Source: an uncultured Alphaproteobacteria bacterium
GTDB taxonomy: Bacteria; Pseudomonadota; Alphaproteobacteria; HIMB59; GCA-002718135
Assembly: GCA_902602515.1 (NCBI GenBank)
Contig: CACKRG010000004.1
Span: forward strand, 2,405-66,404
Length of the DNA: 64,000 nucleotides
Reading direction: 5' to 3'
Notes under the pieces: model-generated
What the model was told of the DNA's origin: nothing
Databases searched by the model: none
The model's input: only the letters and a program-made list of their open reading frames with translations
Shown: piece after piece, positions 43,978 to 54,261 of the stretch
How the letters are laid out: each line of letters starts with the position of its first letter
How positions within the stretch are numbered: the first letter of the stretch is position 1
Made by a program: the position numbers and the translations under genes

Positions 43978-44772
43978 TTATACATCCTTTATTGGAAAAG
44001 CTGTATTATTTTTAGATAATGTAAATATTTCATTTCCCTCTTCTGTTATTCCAATAGTATGTTCGAATTGAGCAGACAAAGATTTATCTTTTGTTACAGC
44101 TGTCCATCCATCTTTTAGAATTTTTGTCTGCCATCCACCTAAATTTATCATTGGTTCAATTGTTAAAAACATTCCCGGCTTTAACATTGGTCCTTCACCC
44201 GGTTCCCCAAAGTGTAAAACACTAGGTGGAGTATGAAATTCTTTTCCAATTCCATGACCACAAAAATCTCTTACTACAGAATAACCTTTTGCTTCAGCAA
44301 GTTTCTGAATTTTATTTCCAATATCACCAATATGTTTGCCAGGTTTAGCTTCACTAATACCAATTAATAAAGATTCATAAGTTATTTTCAAAAATTCATA
44401 ATTTTTTTTGTTTGTTTTTCCTGCAACAAACATTCTTGAACTATCACCATACCAGCCATTTAATATAACAGTTACATCCACATTCACTATATCACCATCA
44501 GATAAAATTTTTCTTTCAGAAGGAATTCCATGACAAACCACATGATTAACAGATGTACAAACAGATTTTGGAAAACCTTTATAATTCAAAGGTGCTGGTA
44601 TAGCTTTACTTTTAATAATTTTTTCGTGACATATGTCATTTATTTCCTGAGTACTTATACCAGGAACAATTTTTTTATTTAAAGAATCTAAAACATCAGC
44701 AGCTAAAGAACCAGCTTCTCTCATGCCTTCAAAATCTTTTTTTGTATGAATTGGAATATTGTTGTTTCTCAT
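43978..44772 (-). CDS. map: Methionine aminopeptidase type I
   Basis: 264 aa. VCHGIP, VDVTVILNGWYGDSS, FCGHGIG and AQFEHTI metal-ligand blocks. Confidence 0.9.
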   Translation of the reverse strand: MRNNNIPIHTKKDFEGMREAGSLAADVLDSLNKKIVPGISTQEINDICHEKIIKSKAIPAPLNYKGFPKSVCTSVNHVVCHGIPSERKILSDGDIVNVDVTVILNGWYGDSSRMFVAGKTNKKNYEFLKITYESLLIGISEAKPGKHIGDIGNKIQKLAEAKGYSVVRDFCGHGIGKEFHTPPSVLHFGEPGEGPMLKPGMFLTIEPMINLGGWQTKILKDGWTAVTKDKSLSAQFEHTIGITEEGNEIFTLSKNNTAFPIKDV

Positions 44773-44829
44773 TTAAAAATAATTACTTACAATTAATAAA
44801 TAATATATAAAAAATATCAATTAATCATT

Positions 44830-45576
44830 ATGAGTTCTTTTACGGCAGGTGTTATTGTTATCGGAGATGAAATACTTTCTGGAAGAACTCAAGATACAAA
44901 CTCAAATTATATTGCAAAAAAATTATTAGAAGCTGGTATTAAGTTAGAGGAAGTTACTGTGATTCAGGATGATAAAAATACAATAATAGAGAATGTTTTA
45001 AAATATAGCTCAAAATATTCTTACGTTTTTACTACTGGAGGAATAGGACCAACACATGATGATATAACTTCAGAAAGCATATCTAAAGCCTTTAACTTAC
45101 AATACGAAATAAATAAAACGGCTTTTGAAATTCTTGAAAATTACTATCCAAAAGGTGAATTTAATGAAAGTAGACAAAGAATGGCTAAAATGCCATTCGG
45201 TTCAGAGCTTATTTTAAACCCAATGACCGCTGCTCCAGGATTTATTGTAAAAAATATTTATGTTTTACCTGGCGTGCCAGAAATAATGCAAGTTATGTTT
45301 GAGGAATTGATGAAAAAAATTAAAAAAGGTAAACCAAAACTTGTTACAACAATTAATACTAATTTATACGAAAGTAAAATTGCAAAAAATTTAAAAAATA
45401 TTCAAAACAATTATACAAATGCATCAATCGGTAGTTATCCATATTTTAATCTTGCAGCTAAAACAGGTGGTGTTAACATAGTTGTTTCATCATGGGATAT
45501 GAAATCTATCCAACCAATAGTTGATGATATAACTAAGATGATTGAATTAAATGGTGGAAAAAGTTTTATAGTTTGA
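44830..45576 (+). CDS. CinA-like MoCF-binding domain protein (no PncC deamidase domain)
   Basis: 248 aa. VIVIGDEILSGRTQDTNS and TTGGIGPTHDDIT. Confidence 0.75.
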   Translation: MSSFTAGVIVIGDEILSGRTQDTNSNYIAKKLLEAGIKLEEVTVIQDDKNTIIENVLKYSSKYSYVFTTGGIGPTHDDITSESISKAFNLQYEINKTAFEILENYYPKGEFNESRQRMAKMPFGSELILNPMTAAPGFIVKNIYVLPGVPEIMQVMFEELMKKIKKGKPKLVTTINTNLYESKIAKNLKNIQNNYTNASIGSYPYFNLAAKTGGVNIVVSSWDMKSIQPIVDDITKMIELNGGKSFIV

Positions 45577-45592
45577 TATTAGTCCAGAATTA

Positions 45593-45677
45593 GGCCTCGT
45601 GGTGGAATGGTAGACACAAAGGACTTAAAATCCTTGCCCTTTTGGGAGTGCCGGTTCAAGTCCGGCCGAGGCTACCA
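45593..45677 (+). tRNA. tRNA-Leu (anticodon UAA), CCA encoded
   Basis: Hand-folded cloverleaf. The acceptor is GGCCTCG/CGAGGCT (G1:U72 wobble). The D arm is GTGGAATGGTAGACAC. The anticodon stem AAGGA/TCCTT carries loop CTTAAAA. There is a long variable arm. The T arm is GCCGG-TTCAAGT-CCGGC. Discriminator A, then CCA. Confidence 0.9.
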
Positions 45678-45688
45678 ATCTCTAAATT

Positions 45689-46063
45689 ATGTTTGCTTTT
45701 ATTACTATTGGAACAAATAATTTAAAAAAATCATCTGCATTTTATAGTAAAATTTTAAAACCTCTAAAAATTAAAAAAGTATTATCTCATAATCGTTATT
45801 TTGGTTATGCTAAAAAAGAAACTCCTAAAAAAATAGAATTTTACTTAATTAGACCTCATAACAAAAAAAAAGCAACCATAGGAAATGGCACAATGATTAC
45901 TTTTAAAGCTAATTCTAAAAAAACTGTTAATGAATTTTATAAAATTGGAATTAGTCTTGGAGCAAAAGATGAAGGAATGCCAGGGCCAAGACATGGTAAA
46001 GATTATTATGCATATTTAAGGGATTTAGATGGCAACAAGATTTGTATTTTTAAAAAAATTTGA
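45689..46063 (+). CDS. VOC (glyoxalase/bleomycin-resistance) family protein
   Basis: 124 aa. The FITIGTNNLKKSSAFY N-terminus and the C-terminal YYAYLRDLDGNKI are typical of the VOC fold. Confidence 0.7.
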   Translation: MFAFITIGTNNLKKSSAFYSKILKPLKIKKVLSHNRYFGYAKKETPKKIEFYLIRPHNKKKATIGNGTMITFKANSKKTVNEFYKIGISLGAKDEGMPGPRHGKDYYAYLRDLDGNKICIFKKI

Positions 46064-46065
46064 TC

Positions 46066-46824
46066 TTAATAATTAAATTGCTCATTCAAAATTTTATCTT
46101 CAATAGAGTGCTTACTATCGAATAATACAGTGCATTTATTTTTATCTGAAGAAACAATATTAACTTTACTAATATCTCTAAATTCAACATTGTCTGCCGT
46201 CACGCTAGATGAGCGTTCATCATTATTTAACACTTCAAATTCAATTTTACTAATTTCAGATAACAGAGCACCTCTCCATCTCCTTGGTCTAAAGGCGCTA
46301 ATTGGAGTTAGTGCAAGTATATTTGAGTCTAAAGGTAGAATGCTACCGTGCGCGGATAGATTATAGGCTGTACTTCCAGCTGATGTAGATAACAAAACGC
46401 CATCACATATCAACTCTTCCATTTTTACTTTCTCATTTATTTTGATTTTAATTTTTGATGCCAAATGAGTCTGCCTCATAAGAGAAACTTCATTATAAGC
46501 ATACGCCTCAAAGATCTCATTATTAACACTTTGTGCAGTCATTTTTAATGGTTTAAAAGTAGATTTTTTAGCATTTGCAATCATATCATTTAAATTTTCA
46601 TTACTAAGATTATTCATTAAAAAACCAATTGAACCAAAGTTTATTCCAAAAAATGGTTTGTTTAGTTTATTAAAATTATGAAGTGATTTTAAAAGCAATC
46701 CATCACCTCCAATTGGAATAATGTAGTCGGCATTTTCAACAGAATTTTGCCCAAATAATTCTATTAGTTTTTTTTCTCTATTTTTTGCCTCAGGATTATT
46801 TGATGATAAAAAATGAAATTTCAT
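46066..46824 (-). CDS. nadK: NAD kinase
   Basis: 252 aa. GGDGLLL motif, NFGSIGFL, and STSAGSTAYNLSAHGSILP. Confidence 0.85.
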   Translation of the reverse strand: MKFHFLSSNNPEAKNREKKLIELFGQNSVENADYIIPIGGDGLLLKSLHNFNKLNKPFFGINFGSIGFLMNNLSNENLNDMIANAKKSTFKPLKMTAQSVNNEIFEAYAYNEVSLMRQTHLASKIKIKINEKVKMEELICDGVLLSTSAGSTAYNLSAHGSILPLDSNILALTPISAFRPRRWRGALLSEISKIEFEVLNNDERSSSVTADNVEFRDISKVNIVSSDKNKCTVLFDSKHSIEDKILNEQFNY

Positions 46825-47816
46825 TATCCACCTGTTACATTCATGTGTCTTTTCATATATTTATTAATTTTTTCTCCAATCATAAAATCATGTTGTTTTG
46901 GTTTAATATTAAGAGCAAACTTAATTTTTTCTTTTATATAATCATCACTATAATCTTTTCTCATTATATCTCTAAAATCAACAAAGTCATTCTGACCAAG
47001 GCACATAAAAAGTTTACCAGTGCTTGATATTCTTACCCTATTGCAAGAGGCACAAAAATTATTTGTTAAAGGACTAATAAACCCAATTTTATTAGACACC
47101 AAATCACTAGTATAAAATCTAGCTGGTCCTCCAGTACTGTAATCAATTTTAGAAAAGTTATATTTTTTATCTAATTTTTTAAAAGTCTCAGATAATGAGA
47201 TAAACTGATATTCTCTTGAGATATCTGTTTCTTCCATTGGCATTACTTCAATAAAGGTAAGATCGATTTTTTTATTATTAGTCCAATTTATTAATTCTTC
47301 AATTTCATTTTCATTAAAATCTTTAATTACTACAGTATTAATTTTAATTTTTATTTTGACATCAAGTGCTTCATTAATTCCATCAAATACTTTTTCAATA
47401 TTTCCAAATCTTGTAATTTTATTATATTTTTCAGGATTAATTGTATCTAGGGAAACATTAATCCTATTAACTCCATATAGTTTAAGTTGTTTTGCATATT
47501 TTTTTAATAGTGTACCATTTGTTGTTAGAGTTATTTCTTTTAGATTTGTTTTTTCTTTTTTTCTATTTAATTTTTCGATTAATTTTAGAATATCATTTCT
47601 TACCAAAGGTTCGCCACCAGTTAATCTAATTTTTTCAACTCCGAGTTCAATAAAATTGTCACATAATCTTTCAATTTCTTCTAAAGTTAATATGTCATTT
47701 CGTGGTAGAAATTGCATTTTTTCTTTCATACAATAAACACATCTAAGATCGCATCTATCTGTGACAGATACTCGTAGATAATTAACTTTTCTTAAATATT
47801 GATCAATTAGTTGCAT
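46824..47816 (-). CDS. moaA: GTP 3',8-cyclase (radical SAM, molybdenum cofactor biosynthesis A)
   Basis: 330 aa. YLRVSVTDRCDLRCVYC radical SAM cluster motif, RLTGGEPL, and the C-terminal CASCNRVRISSTGKLFMCL second cluster. Confidence 0.85.
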   Translation of the reverse strand: MQLIDQYLRKVNYLRVSVTDRCDLRCVYCMKEKMQFLPRNDILTLEEIERLCDNFIELGVEKIRLTGGEPLVRNDILKLIEKLNRKKEKTNLKEITLTTNGTLLKKYAKQLKLYGVNRINVSLDTINPEKYNKITRFGNIEKVFDGINEALDVKIKIKINTVVIKDFNENEIEELINWTNNKKIDLTFIEVMPMEETDISREYQFISLSETFKKLDKKYNFSKIDYSTGGPARFYTSDLVSNKIGFISPLTNNFCASCNRVRISSTGKLFMCLGQNDFVDFRDIMRKDYSDDYIKEKIKFALNIKPKQHDFMIGEKINKYMKRHMNVTGG

Positions 47817-48000
47817 TTATATTAATTATTCTTAATTCAACTTCTTTAGGGTTAATAGTTTTTTTTCCAACATTTTCAAAATTAATTGTAACGATATTAT
47901 TGATACATGATTGTACTTGACCAATTCCCCATTCTTTTTCTCTACTGACATTTACAACAAATGTACCTGGTGTAAGATCACCTATATAAAAATCTGACAT
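47803..48000 (-). CDS. Small conserved protein, DUF3553-like
   Basis: 65 aa. EWGIGQVQSCINNIVTINFENVGKKTIN resembles the alphaproteobacterial DUF3553 core (WG.GQVQS....VTVNFE.AGK). Overlaps the moaA start by 14 nt. Confidence 0.55.
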   Translation of the reverse strand: MSDFYIGDLTPGTFVVNVSREKEWGIGQVQSCINNIVTINFENVGKKTINPKEVELRIININATN

Positions 48001-48011
48001 TTAAAATAAAA

Positions 48012-48419
48012 TTAGCTAATTCTTTTTTCTGCTTTTTCATGCATTTCTTGAGCCTCTAAACTCAATGTTGCTACTGGTCTTGCTTCTAATCTTTTAATAC
48101 TAATTGGATCACCTGTTTCATCACAAAACCCATAAGTCCCATCTTCAATTCTTTGAAGGGCTGCATCAATCTTATTAATTAGTTTTCTTTCTCTATCTCT
48201 AGTTCTAAGCTCAAAAGATCTATCTATTTCTTCCGATGCTCTATCAGTTATATCGGGTTTTGCCTCATTTTCATTTTGAAGATTATTGAGGGTTTGACTG
48301 GATTCCTTTAATAAATCGTTTTTCCAACTCATTAATTTTTGTCTAAAATATTCTTTCATTTTAGCATTCATGAATTTTTCTTTCTGAGTTGGCTTGTAAT
48401 TTTTTGGTAATTTTGTCAT
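48012..48419 (-). CDS. dksA: RNA polymerase-binding transcription factor DksA (1-Cys type)
   Basis: Trimmed to ATG 48419. DRASEE...ELRTRDRERKLINKIDAALQRIEDGTYGFCDETGDPISIKRLEARPVATL matches the DksA coiled-coil tip and globular domain. Only one of the four zinc-finger Cys positions is present. Confidence 0.85.
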   Translation of the reverse strand: MTKLPKNYKPTQKEKFMNAKMKEYFRQKLMSWKNDLLKESSQTLNNLQNENEAKPDITDRASEEIDRSFELRTRDRERKLINKIDAALQRIEDGTYGFCDETGDPISIKRLEARPVATLSLEAQEMHEKAEKRIS

Positions 48420-48533
48420 ACTTCTAAATCGGTGCTGATTTATCAAATGATTTTATTAATTCAAGTAATATTAAAATATTATTAAATATAAATAATATAT
48501 ATTTATCAATAAGTTAATTTATATTTTATAAAA

Positions 48534-48574
48534 GAACAAAAATAGAACTTTTAAAATTAGAACAAAACGTGTAC
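48534..48574 (+). promoter_or_regulatory. Putative alphaproteobacterial-type LexA (SOS) boxes upstream of recA
   Basis: GAAC-AAAAATA-GAAC at 48534-48548 is a perfect GAAC-N7-GAAC. GAAC-AAAACGT-GTAC at 48560-48574 has one mismatch. They lie 59-99 nt upstream of the recA ATG. Confidence 0.45.
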
Positions 48575-48632
48575 AAGTAATCATGATTTGCAAGAATCTT
48601 AATAAAAACATAGGAAATTAATGGAGAAATAA

Positions 48633-49736
48633 ATGTCTCAAGCTAAATTAAAAGTAGTAAATAACGAAAATTCAATGGATAAAGAAAACAGAACTAAATC
48701 TCTAGAAGCTGCTGTAAGCCTAATAGAGAAAAACTATGGAAAAGGCTCAATAATGAAATTGGGCTCTAAAACAAATGTAGATATCGAAGCAATATCTACG
48801 GGTTCACTAGGTCTTGATATAGCACTTGGTATAGGTGGAGTTCCAAAAGGAAGAATTATTGAAATTTATGGACCAGAAAGTTCTGGTAAAACTACTTTAG
48901 CTACTCATATTGTTGCAGAGTCTCAAAAACAGGGTGGTAATTGTGCTTTTATAGATGCTGAGCATGCTCTAGATCCAGCATACGCAAAGAAACTAGGTGT
49001 AAATTTAGAAGAACTATTAATATCTCAACCTGATACAGGAGAACAAGGTTTAGAAATTGCTGATTCTTTAATTAAATCTGGAGGAATTGATGTATTAATT
49101 ATTGATTCTGTTGCAGCACTTGTGCCAAGAGCTGAACTAGAAGGTGACATGGGAGATTCCTTACCTGGTTTGCAGGCTAGATTAATGAGTCAGGCTTTAA
49201 GAAAACTTACAAGTTCTATCGCACAATCAAATACTTTAGTTGTTTTCATAAATCAACTTAGGATGAAAATAGGTGTTATGTTTGGTAGTCCTGAGACAAC
49301 TACAGGTGGTAATGCTTTAAAATTTTATTCTTCAGTAAGAATGGATATTAGAAGAATTGGTGCAATAAAAGATAAAGATGAAATCATTGGAAATCAAACA
49401 AGAGTAAAAATAGTTAAAAATAAAGTTGCACCTCCATTTAAAGTTGTTGAATTTGATATAATGTATGGAGAGGGTATATCTAAATTAGGTGAATTAGTTG
49501 ATTTGGGTGTTAAAGCAGAAATTATTGATAAATCAGGATCATGGTTTGCTTACAAAAATACTAAAATAGGTCAGGGCAGAGAAAACGTTAAAAACTTTCT
49601 TAAAGACAATCCCACAATAGCTAAAGAAATTGAAAATCAAATTCTTCAAAATGCCGGAATAGTTGAAAAGGCTATGATGGAAGGAAAAGTAGAGAATAAA
49701 GAAAAAGAAAAAGAAGCTGAAGAAGTAAAAGAATAG
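48633..49736 (+). CDS. recA: Recombinase A
   Basis: 367 aa. [11 protein letters not shown] Walker [27 protein letters not shown] and [28 protein letters not shown]. Confidence 0.97.
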   Translation: MSQAKLKVVNNENSMDKENRTKSLEAAVSLIEKNYGKGSIMKLGSKTNVDIEAISTGSLGLDIALGIGGVPKGRIIEIYGPESSGKTTLATHIVAESQKQGGNCAFIDAEHALDPAYAKKLGVNLEELLISQPDTGEQGLEIADSLIKSGGIDVLIIDSVAALVPRAELEGDMGDSLPGLQARLMSQALRKLTSSIAQSNTLVVFINQLRMKIGVMFGSPETTTGGNALKFYSSVRMDIRRIGAIKDKDEIIGNQTRVKIVKNKVAPPFKVVEFDIMYGEGISKLGELVDLGVKAEIIDKSGSWFAYKNTKIGQGRENVKNFLKDNPTIAKEIENQILQNAGIVEKAMMEGKVENKEKEKEAEEVKE

Positions 49737-49755
49737 TAAATATTAATTTTGATTG

Positions 49756-49786
49756 AGCGCCTATTATGAAATAGGCGCTTTTTTTA
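49756..49786 (+). terminator. Rho-independent terminator of recA
   Basis: AGCGCCTAT-tatgaa-ATAGGCGCT is a 9-bp stem followed by TTTTTTT. It starts 20 nt after the recA stop. Confidence 0.75.
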
Positions 49787-49823
49787 TTTAGACAATATAG
49801 TTTTCAAGTTATAATACCTTTTC

Positions 49824-52496
49824 ATGAATTCAAATCAGATAAGGTCAACATTTCTTAATTATTTCAAAAAAAATGGACATGAGATTATTCATTCTAGCTC
49901 TCTAGTACCAGATAATGATCCCAGTCTAATGTTTGCCAACTCTGGAATGGTACAATTTAAAAATATTTTTACAGGTAAAGAGACAAGAGATTATAATAGA
50001 GCGACTACTGCTCAAAAATGTGTAAGAGCAGGTGGTAAGCATAATGATTTAGAAAATGTAGGATATACGACAAGACATCATACTTTTTTTGAAATGTTAG
50101 GCAATTTTTCTTTTGGAGATTACTTTAAAGAACTTGCAATAGAGCTAGCATGGAAACTAATAACCAAAGAATATTCAATAAACAAAGATAAACTTTTAGT
50201 GACTGTTTATTCAGAGGATCAGGAAGCTTTTGATTTATGGAAAAAAATAGCAGGATTATCAGAAAATAAAATTATTAAAATTAGCACATCTGATAATTTT
50301 TGGTCAATGGGTGAAACTGGTCCTTGTGGCCCATGTTCCGAAATATTTTATGATCATGGAGATAAATATGAAGGAGGTCCTCCTGGTTCTCCAAATGAAG
50401 ATGGTGATAGATTTATAGAAATATGGAATTTAGTATTTATGCAATATGAACAGATATCTAAATCTGAAAGGATAAATTTACCAAAACCCTCAATAGATAC
50501 TGGAATGGGATTAGAAAGAATGACAGCTCTTCTAGATGGTTCTAATGACAATTATTCAACAGATTTATTTCAACCAATAATAAATGAATCAACAAAACTT
50601 TGTGGAAATGAAAGTTCAATTCAAAATCCCAGTCATAGAGTAATTGCAGATCACTTAAAATCTTCCTCTTTTTTAATTGCTGATGGAGTTATGCCTTCAA
50701 ACGAAGGTAGAGGTTATGTTTTAAGGAGAATAATGAGAAGAGGAATGCGACATGCACATTCTTTAGGTAATAAAGACCCTGTTTTTCACAAACTATTTCC
50801 TATATTTTTAGATGGAATTAAAAACTCATATCCTGAATTAGACAGGGCAAAAGATTTGATAATGAATACATTAATTAATGAAGAAACTAAATTCAAGGAA
50901 ACTGTTGAAAAAGGAATAAAAATTTTAGACGAGGAGATTTCTAACTCAACAAATAAATTTAATGGAGAAGTAGCATTTAAATTATACGATACCTATGGAT
51001 TTCCTTTAGACTTAACTCAAGATTATTTGAAAAGTAAAAATATTGAAGTCGACATAAAAACATTTGAACAAAAAATGTTAGATCAAAAGGAAAGAGCAAG
51101 ACAAAGCTGGAAAGGTACAGGAGATATTGAAGATGAAAGCATTTGGTTTGAAATAACTTCTAAAATAGAGCCAACAGAATTTTTAGGATATTCAGATATG
51201 GAAGCTGATTGTAAGATAATTTCTATCATTTCAGAAAGCAAGTCATTAGATAAAATTAAAAAAGATAAAGAAGCAATTATATTATTAAATCAAACACCAT
51301 TTTATGGGGAAAGTGGTGGTCAAGTTGGTGATAGGGGGTTTTTTGAAAATGATAACTTTAAGTTTGAAGTTATCAATACAACAAAAATATTTGGAAACTA
51401 TTTTCTTCATAAAGGTAAAGTAATTACTGGTGAATGTAAAATTAATGATACGATTAAAGCAAGTATTAATACTGAGAATAGAAACTTTATTAAATACAAT
51501 CATTCATCAACTCATTTATTACATGCTGCTTTAAGAAAGACATTGGGTAAGCACGTTACTCAGAAGGGTTCGCTAGTAAATTCAGAAAAACTCAGATTTG
51601 ATTTCAGTCATAATAATCCTATTGAAAAAGATCAACTCATAAATGTTGAAAAAATTGTAAATGATCAAATTCAAAAAAATGGAATTGTTGAAATTAAAGT
51701 TGTTGATCAGAAAAAAGCTATCGAAGAAGGTGCAATGGCATTATTTGGAGAAAAATATAGTGATGAAGTAAGAGTAGTAACAATGGGCCAAGAAAATGAA
51801 TCATTTTTTTCTAAAGAATTATGTGGTGGAACTCATGTTGTTAAATTAGGGGAAATAAATAAATTTAAAATAACTAATCAATCTAGTGTTGCTTCTGGAA
51901 TAAGAAGAATAGAGGCTGTATCTAATGTATCAGTAGATAAATATATCAAAGAAATAGAAAGTAATTTATTAGAAAAAAATAAGAACCAAGATAATCAAAT
52001 TGATGATTTAAAGAATAAAATCAAAAAAATTAATGCTGACTATATTTTTAAAAATCAATCGGATGATAAAGGTTTGTTAATTAAAGAATTAAGTCAGATA
52101 CATGAAAAATTAAAACAAAATGTGTCTATAACAAAAAACATTGACAATATTGTTGTTAAAAAAATCAAAGACATCAATTTTGTATATTTAATTGCTAAAG
52201 ATTATCCTAATAAATCATTGAAAACGTTTATTGATGAGCAAAAAAAGCAATATAATAAAAAAGGTGTTTCATTAATAATTTCAAATAATGAAAACAAACT
52301 ATCTGTAGTTCTAGGAGTTACTGAAGATATTACAGACGTTTTTGATGCTTCAAAAGAAATAAGAGGCATTTCGATTATTCTCGGTGGCAAGGGTGGGGGA
52401 GGAAGAAAGGATCTTGCTCAAGGAGGCGGATCAAATGTTAGTCAAATTAATGCAAGTATAAAATACGTAGAAGATAAATTAAAATCTATTGGCTAG
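49824..52496 (+). CDS. alaS: Alanyl-tRNA synthetase
   Basis: 890 aa. [45 protein letters not shown], and HSSTHLLH...CGGTHV editing-domain motifs. Confidence 0.95.
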   Translation: MNSNQIRSTFLNYFKKNGHEIIHSSSLVPDNDPSLMFANSGMVQFKNIFTGKETRDYNRATTAQKCVRAGGKHNDLENVGYTTRHHTFFEMLGNFSFGDYFKELAIELAWKLITKEYSINKDKLLVTVYSEDQEAFDLWKKIAGLSENKIIKISTSDNFWSMGETGPCGPCSEIFYDHGDKYEGGPPGSPNEDGDRFIEIWNLVFMQYEQISKSERINLPKPSIDTGMGLERMTALLDGSNDNYSTDLFQPIINESTKLCGNESSIQNPSHRVIADHLKSSSFLIADGVMPSNEGRGYVLRRIMRRGMRHAHSLGNKDPVFHKLFPIFLDGIKNSYPELDRAKDLIMNTLINEETKFKETVEKGIKILDEEISNSTNKFNGEVAFKLYDTYGFPLDLTQDYLKSKNIEVDIKTFEQKMLDQKERARQSWKGTGDIEDESIWFEITSKIEPTEFLGYSDMEADCKIISIISESKSLDKIKKDKEAIILLNQTPFYGESGGQVGDRGFFENDNFKFEVINTTKIFGNYFLHKGKVITGECKINDTIKASINTENRNFIKYNHSSTHLLHAALRKTLGKHVTQKGSLVNSEKLRFDFSHNNPIEKDQLINVEKIVNDQIQKNGIVEIKVVDQKKAIEEGAMALFGEKYSDEVRVVTMGQENESFFSKELCGGTHVVKLGEINKFKITNQSSVASGIRRIEAVSNVSVDKYIKEIESNLLEKNKNQDNQIDDLKNKIKKINADYIFKNQSDDKGLLIKELSQIHEKLKQNVSITKNIDNIVVKKIKDINFVYLIAKDYPNKSLKTFIDEQKKQYNKKGVSLIISNNENKLSVVLGVTEDITDVFDASKEIRGISIILGGKGGGGRKDLAQGGGSNVSQINASIKYVEDKLKSIG

Positions 52497-53697
52497 TTTG
52501 AAAATTGTTTTTTATTGCGCTTAAAAAATCTTGTGTGTTTAACCATTTCTGCTCTTTATTTATTAATATTGCCAAATCTTTTGTCATTTCACCATTTTCA
52601 ACAGTTTTTATACAGATTTCCTCTAATTTTTTTGCAAAATTTATTAATTCATTATTACCATCAAATTCTCCTCTAAAACTTAAAGCTCTTGTCCATGCAA
52701 AAATTGAAGCTATTGGATTAGTTGAAGTTTCTATACCTTTCTGATGATTTCTATAATGTCTAGTAACAGTTCCATGTGCAGCTTCAGCTTCTACTGTTTT
52801 ACCATCTGGAGTCATTAAGACGCTTGTCATTAAACCTAGAGATCCAAATCCTTGAGCAACAGAGTCTGATTGAACATCTCCATCATAATTTTTACAAGCC
52901 CAAATAAAATTTCCTTCCCATTTTAATGCTGAGGCTACCATATCATCGATTAATCTGTGTTCATAAACTATATCTTTTTCTTTAAACTTATCTTTGAATT
53001 CAGAGTCAAATACATCCTGAAATAAATCTTTAAATCTTCCATCGTATACTTTTAAAATAGTATTTTTAGTAGAAAGGTAAACTGGCCAACCAAGATTAAG
53101 TCCATAATTAAAACAAGCTCTTGCAAAGTCTTTAATTGAATTATCTAAATTATACATTGATAAGGCTACACCAGATTTTTCAAATTCATATACATCTTTT
53201 ATAAATCCGTCAGATCCATCTTTAGGTTCAAAAACCATCTTAAGTGTTCCTGGTTTATCTATTAATGTGTCAGTTGCTCTATATTGATCTCCAAAGGCAT
53301 GTCTAGCAACTACAATTGGATGGTTCCAATTTGTAATAATTCTTGGAACATTCTTACATATTATTGGTTGTCTAAATATAGTTCCTCCAAGTATATTTCT
53401 TATTGTGCCATTTGGCGATCGCCACATTTTTTTTAATTTAAATTCTTCTACTCGATTTTCATCTGGTGTAATTGTTGCACATTTTATTCCTACACCATAT
53501 TTTTTCACTGCTTCCGCTGCATCTATAGTAATTTGATCATTTGTTTCATCTCTTTTAATCACTCCAAGATCAAAATATTTGATATCAATATCAAGATAAG
53601 GCAAAATTAATTGTTGTTTGATGTATTCCCAGATAATTCTGGTCATTTCATCTCCATCCATCTCCACTACAGGATTTTTAACTTTTATCTTTGCCAT
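52486..53697 (-). CDS. icd: NADP-dependent isocitrate dehydrogenase (~400-aa homodimeric subfamily)
   Basis: 403 aa. [29 protein letters not shown] and NYDGDVQSD blocks. Confidence 0.92.
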   Translation of the reverse strand: MAKIKVKNPVVEMDGDEMTRIIWEYIKQQLILPYLDIDIKYFDLGVIKRDETNDQITIDAAEAVKKYGVGIKCATITPDENRVEEFKLKKMWRSPNGTIRNILGGTIFRQPIICKNVPRIITNWNHPIVVARHAFGDQYRATDTLIDKPGTLKMVFEPKDGSDGFIKDVYEFEKSGVALSMYNLDNSIKDFARACFNYGLNLGWPVYLSTKNTILKVYDGRFKDLFQDVFDSEFKDKFKEKDIVYEHRLIDDMVASALKWEGNFIWACKNYDGDVQSDSVAQGFGSLGLMTSVLMTPDGKTVEAEAAHGTVTRHYRNHQKGIETSTNPIASIFAWTRALSFRGEFDGNNELINFAKKLEEICIKTVENGEMTKDLAILINKEQKWLNTQDFLSAIKNNFQTSQ

Positions 53698-54236
53698 TTA
53701 ATTAATATATTTTTTAATTGTTCAACCGTATCTATAATGTGAAAACTGTTTTGTAAATTTTTATTTGAAAATTTCTCATCTTCAAAAAATTTAAATTGTT
53801 TAAATAGATTATCCCAGAAATTATTTTTATTAAAAAAAATTATTGGCTTATTATGTATCCCCATTATTTTCCAAGATACAACCTCTACTATTTCTTCTAA
53901 AGTTCCCGTTCCTCCGGGTAAAGCAAAATATGCATCACCTAGCTCAAAAAGTAACTTCTTTCTTTCGGACATAGTATCTACTATTTTTAATTCATCTAAA
54001 TTTTCAAATATTATTTCTCTTTCAGATAAAAAATTTGGAATTATTCCTATAACTTTATTTTTATTTTCTTTTGCTGTCTTAGCGACTATACCCATAATAC
54101 CAACTTTTGCTCCACCATAGACAATACTTATTTTGAATGATGATATTAATTTACTAATTTCTTCTGCATCTTGATAATATGTATTACTTAATTTATCTGA
54201 TGATGAACAATAGACAGTAATAGATTTAATATTCAT
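53685..54236 (-). CDS. LOG-family (TIGR00730) nucleotide phosphoribohydrolase
   Basis: 183 aa. [11 protein letters not shown] and PGGTGTLEE motifs. Overlaps the icd start by 13 nt. Confidence 0.8.
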   Translation of the reverse strand: MNIKSITVYCSSSDKLSNTYYQDAEEISKLISSFKISIVYGGAKVGIMGIVAKTAKENKNKVIGIIPNFLSEREIIFENLDELKIVDTMSERKKLLFELGDAYFALPGGTGTLEEIVEVVSWKIMGIHNKPIIFFNKNNFWDNLFKQFKFFEDEKFSNKNLQNSFHIIDTVEQLKNILIKWQR

Positions 54237-54261
54237 AGATTTATAAATTTATTAGAATAAA

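Noticed and set aside
45593-46063. tRNA-Leu as an integration site, with the downstream VOC-family gene as island cargo.
   Set aside because: I found no repeat of the tRNA 3' end downstream and no integrase. The next gene (nadK) is housekeeping and begins 2 nt after the VOC gene ends.
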